From positions 1 to 29,021 of the forward strand of contig NW_021833204.1 of NCBI RefSeq assembly GCF_006345805.1: a stretch of 29,021 bases of DNA. The letters run 5' to 3'. The position numbers and the translations under genes are program-made. The DNA is from Octopus sinensis (lineage: Eukaryota). Below the pieces are notes generated by a model. The model had not been told where the DNA came from. It was given only the letters and a program-made list of their open reading frames with translations, and did not search any database. Positions 25,434 through 29,021 of the stretch are shown piece by piece (positions within the stretch are counted from its first letter, which is position 1; every line of letters starts with the position of its first letter).

Positions 25434-25644
25434 TAAATAGTTGATGATCTTATTTCACACACAGTCAAGTGTGTGCATAGGAAACCTTTGCTAGTGACAT
25501 ATATGCTTTAGTCAACATTCGTAATATACATTCAATTGATAAGCAAATATCACCAATAGGAATTAACGACTTACACGTAGACAAAAATCTTTCTTCTTCC
25601 GTTACAAAAACTGCTGCAATTTTTTTTAACTAGCAAATCGTTCA

Positions 25645-25793
25645 GATACAGTACTCTCTTCACTATCCATCGTGTGATATACAAAGAAAGCATTACATTG
25701 AGTGCTTTGAACTCGCAAGTCAATCGGATACAGTGCTCTCTTCACTCTCTGTAATGTTATTTACGCAGAAAGCATTTCACTGAGTTCTTCAAC
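25645..25793. repeat. Diverged 82-bp tandem duplication
   Basis: gatacagt(a/g)ctctcttcact...agaaagcatt.ca.tgagt at 25645 and 25727. Confidence 0.75.
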
Positions 25794-25916
25794 CAAATCT
25801 GCATTATTTTCTCCATAGGTTCCACCATTAAACAGCATTGAGGACGTCAGTCTGTAAAGTCCAGTGAAGGCGATAGGTAATATTTCAGTACGATATCTGT
25901 ACCGTATATTCAGTTA

Positions 25917-26527
25917 GTGGAGGCGCAATGGCCCAGTGGTTAGGGCAGCGGACTCGCGGTCATAAGATCGCGGTTTCGATTCCCAGACCGGGCGTTGTGA
26001 GTGTTTATTGAGCGAAAACACCTAAAAAGCTCCACGAGGCTCCGGCAGGGGGTGGTGATTCCTGCTGTTATCTTTCACCACTCTTTCACCACTCTTTCTC
26101 CCACTCTTTCGTCTGTTGGCCTGCTCGCTTAGCCAGCGGGGTGGCGTCATTCAAAGGCTAAAAAAACAATGCGAACGCATTGTGACCAGCGATGTGTAAC
26201 TACATCTGACGGACTGGTCGATTCCCAGACCGGGCGTTGTGAGTGTTTATTGAGCGAAAACACCTAAAAATTCCACGAGGCTCCGGCCGGGGATGGTGGT
26301 GATCCCTGCTGTACTCTTTCACCACAACTTTCTCTCACTCTTACTTCCTGTTTCTGTTGTACCTGTATTTCAAGGGGCCGGCCTTGTCACTCTCTGTGTC
26401 ACGCTGAATATCCCCGAGAACTACGTTAAGGGTGCACGTGTCGTTAATTTCACGAGCAGGCTGTTCCGTTGATTCGGATCAACCGGAACCCTCATCGTCG
26501 TAACCGACGGAGTGTTTCCATCCATCC
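25917..26527 (+). mobile_element. Chimeric dimeric family C SINE with a single 11-bp TSD
   Basis: Monomer 1 (25917-~26217) matches 23978-24288; monomer 2 restarts at the B box (tcgattcccagaccgggcg, 26218) and has a different tail ending (tcca)n; TSD atattcagtta at 25906-16 and 26528-38. Confidence 0.9.
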
Positions 26528-26762
26528 ATATTCAGTTAAGCGTATATGTACCATGTATTAGTATTTACTTTACGGTTATATAAAGAACATATTTAAGTCA
26601 ATGATTATGTTCCATCATATAACATAATCATATGTATATTATTATTAACTTATGGCATTCATTTTTAATAAACCAAGTCACTTGTTGCTTTTCATTTGGT
26701 CCACTCCGATCATAAACAACTGTTAACGTCAGGGATGGTTGAACAGAAATTTATCTAGCGTA

Positions 26763-27073
26763 GGCGTAGGAGTGGCTGTGTGGGAAGTAGCCTGCTTAGC
26801 AACCACATGGTTCCAAGTTCAGTTCCATTGCGTGGCACCTTAGGTAAGTATCTTCTACTACGGCTTTGGGCCGACCAAAGCCTTGAGAGTGGATTTGGTA
26901 GACGGGAACTGAAAAAAGCCCGTCGTATATATGTATATATTTCTCTTGAATGAAACAGTTCTAGTCCTGTAGAAGCTCCTTCTATATAATAAATTAATTT
27001 TACTCTGCTATGTATTGAGTACCTTATTTACTGTGGTTAACCCCGAATCACCCGGGACCTACATATATATATA

Positions 27074-27130
<57 letters not shown>

Positions 27131-27363
27131 TATATGTACGTGTGTATATGTTTGTGTGTTTATGTTTGTTCCCACACACACATAACATCGCTTGACAACC
27201 AATGCTGGTGTGTTTACGTCCCCGTAACTTAGCGGTTCGGCAAAAGAGACGGATCGAATAAGTACTAGGCTTACAAAGAATAAGTCCTGGGGTCGATTTG
27301 CTCGACTAAAAAGGTGGTGCTCCAGCATGGCCTCAGTCAAATGACTGAAACAAGTAAAAGAGT
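26763..27363 (+). mobile_element. Family B SINE with ~120-bp foreign insertion in its internal (TA)n
   Basis: Head/body 26763-26925, unrelated segment 26941-27060, (TA)n, 3' block 27185-27363. Confidence 0.88.
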
Positions 27364-27487
27364 AGCTACAGCGAAACTTCATCATGAACAATATTTCACC
27401 ATAAAAACAGCTAGAAACTTTTATCTTGCAGTACGTAAAAATTAATACAGAGTGTTGCTTATTTGCAAAAAAAAAAAAAAAAAAGAA

Positions 27488-27810
27488 ATATAACATGTGA
27501 CTTCATTGACCGAGGTTACCGTGGTCTTTTCCGCAGGCTTTTCTTTCTACGGGTAAACTTCCCATGTCCTCCCCTTTACACTTCATATTGACATTTCTGT
27601 GATAACGATCCCCATTGATCAATTTTTTTTCCTTTCCCTTTCCCCCCCTTTTTATTAATTTTATTCCTCCCTTTTTTTTATCCTCTTTCTTTCCCTTTAC
27701 GATCCCTTTTGATCGAAAACTAAACCCCCTTTTTTTACCCCCAAAAGAAAAGCTCTACCTTGTAATTTGTCCTGTCTGTGTGCAGCCCTGTGTGGCTAAT
27801 AAAGAAACAT
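27488..27810 (+). mobile_element. ~320-bp retroposon (LINE 3'UTR-like), copy 2
   Basis: Inverted copy of 14693-15027; ends AATAAAgaaacat; tatcttgcagta repeated at 27422-33 and 27810-21. Confidence 0.8.
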
Positions 27811-28002
27811 ATCTTGCAGTAATGTACACACCGCGAAGTATTGTTGCATTTCACGTGTTGCTCTGTGTTGAAATAATGCATAATATGCGTTCTTTTGCGT
27901 AGCAGAGAGTATTACGTTTTAGATATAAAATATAAGAATGTTGTATAGGATGCCTCCTCCGGGGAATATTCACAGGTCCATCTAGTTATTATTATTGTTG
28001 AT

Positions 28003-28158
28003 GGTGTGGCTGCCGGAATCATTAGAACGTCGGTAAAATGTATTGTGGTAATTGGTGTAACTACTTACATTCTGAGTTCAAACCAAGCCAAGCTCCACTT
28101 TGCTTTTCGTTCTCTCGGTTTCGATAAAATTACGTACAACTCAAGTACTGGTGTCTAT
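28003..28158 (+). mobile_element. Old family A SINE interrupted by a younger copy
   Basis: Degenerate head and central block; tail remnant resumes after 28426. Confidence 0.72.
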
Positions 28159-28174
28159 GGTATTAAATTTTACA

Positions 28175-28410
28175 AGGCGGTGAGCTGGCAGAAACGTTAG
28201 CACGACGGGCGAAATGCGTAGTCGCATTTCGTCTGCCCTTACATTCTGAGTTCAAATTCCGCCGAGGTCGACTTTGCCTTTCGATCTTTCGGGGTCGATA
28301 AATTAAGTACCAGTTACGCACTGGGGTCGATGTAATCGACTTTAATCCGTTTGTCTGTCCTTGTTTGTCCCACCCCCTGTGTTTAGCCCCTTGTGGGTAG
28401 TAAAGAAATA
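28175..28410 (+). mobile_element. Full-length young family A SINE with TSD
   Basis: Close match to 5223-5454; flanked by ggtat(t/c)aaatttt(a/g)ca at 28159-74 and 28411-26. Confidence 0.93.
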
Positions 28411-28469
28411 GGTATCAAATTTTGCATTCTTCCCAAAACTCTTGGTCTTGCACGATTATTCCGAGCATG

Positions 28470-28670
28470 AAAGGTGTTGAAACACTATCTGAAAAATACT
28501 TTGCCGCGTTCGCTGCATTTCTTTATGTTATAAGTTCAAATCCACGTGAAGTTCACTTAGCCTTTCAACCCACCTGGGCGATAAATTAAGGTGCTTTTTA
28601 ATCACTGGTGTTATTGGTATCGACTGATCCCATCCACTCAAAATGGCTGGCGTTGTGGTTAAATCATAAA
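28470..28670 (+). mobile_element. Highly diverged family A SINE
   Basis: aagttcaaatcc...gcctttcaacc...gataaattaagg...cactgg....atcgactga pattern. Confidence 0.62.
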
Positions 28671-28928
28671 GCTTGGTTATCGTAGTTGACAGATAAATAT
28701 TTCATTATCTCTTGACTAATTTAATCGAATATGCTTTATCCCAAAATTTATGGGCATGTGTATATGTTAGAGATCAGGGTGTTGATAACACAGATATTTG
28801 ATTTTTTTTTCTCTTCGACATCACATATGACCATTTGTCCCTATTTTCAGACTATTTTCTTTCCCTTTTTATTATTCTTTTACACATCAGTCAATCTGTT
28901 CTTGACCCGAACACAAAATAACACAAAA

Positions 28929-28945
28929 CACACACACACACACAC

Positions 28946-29021
<76 letters not shown>
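28929..29021. repeat. (CA)n(TA)n microsatellite running off the window end
   Basis: Visible. Confidence 0.96.

Noticed and set aside
25819-25876. Candidate 58-nt exon (ttttctccatag|...ag|gtaata)
   Set aside because: Stop codons in all three frames and no partner exons; splice-like signals arise often by chance in AT-rich DNA. A non-coding exon cannot be excluded without RNA data.
25917-25995. tRNA gene (Arg-like)
   Set aside because: A/B boxes present but it continues into a SINE body with TSD and the cloverleaf is imperfect; same for all other tRNA-like heads.

Overview
Eukaryotic, AT-rich, non-genic (intronic or intergenic) DNA made almost entirely of microsatellites and nested transposable-element debris. 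The repeat families resemble those of coleoid cephalopods, most likely Octopus; this is inferred from remembered SINE sequences, not from a search. No intact protein-coding gene, tRNA/rRNA gene or CRISPR array is supported. The supplied ORFs are translations of simple repeats or SINEs, or fragments of dead transposon proteins. Supported content: about 30 tRNA-derived SINE copies from 4-5 families (several with target-site duplications, TSDs), a decayed CR1/L2-type LINE reverse transcriptase (21290-22872, minus), the 3' end of an R4/Dong-type LINE in a (TAA)n array, two mariner relics, a TTAA-flanked piggyBac-type MITE, other fold-back elements, and a small Helitron-like element whose 3' end is triplicated in a 3 x 205-bp array. 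The most notable signal is an apparently intact type I hammerhead ribozyme at 3634-3735 (+). It has a palindromic stem III, a long stem II insertion and a possible stem I/loop II pseudoknot. Two further degenerate hammerhead-like motifs of different architecture lie at 11990-12055 and 12342-12377 (minus). Each sits in a short unique island between microsatellites, suggesting several Penelope/retrozyme-like RNA elements. Coordinates of old, diverged repeats are approximate.
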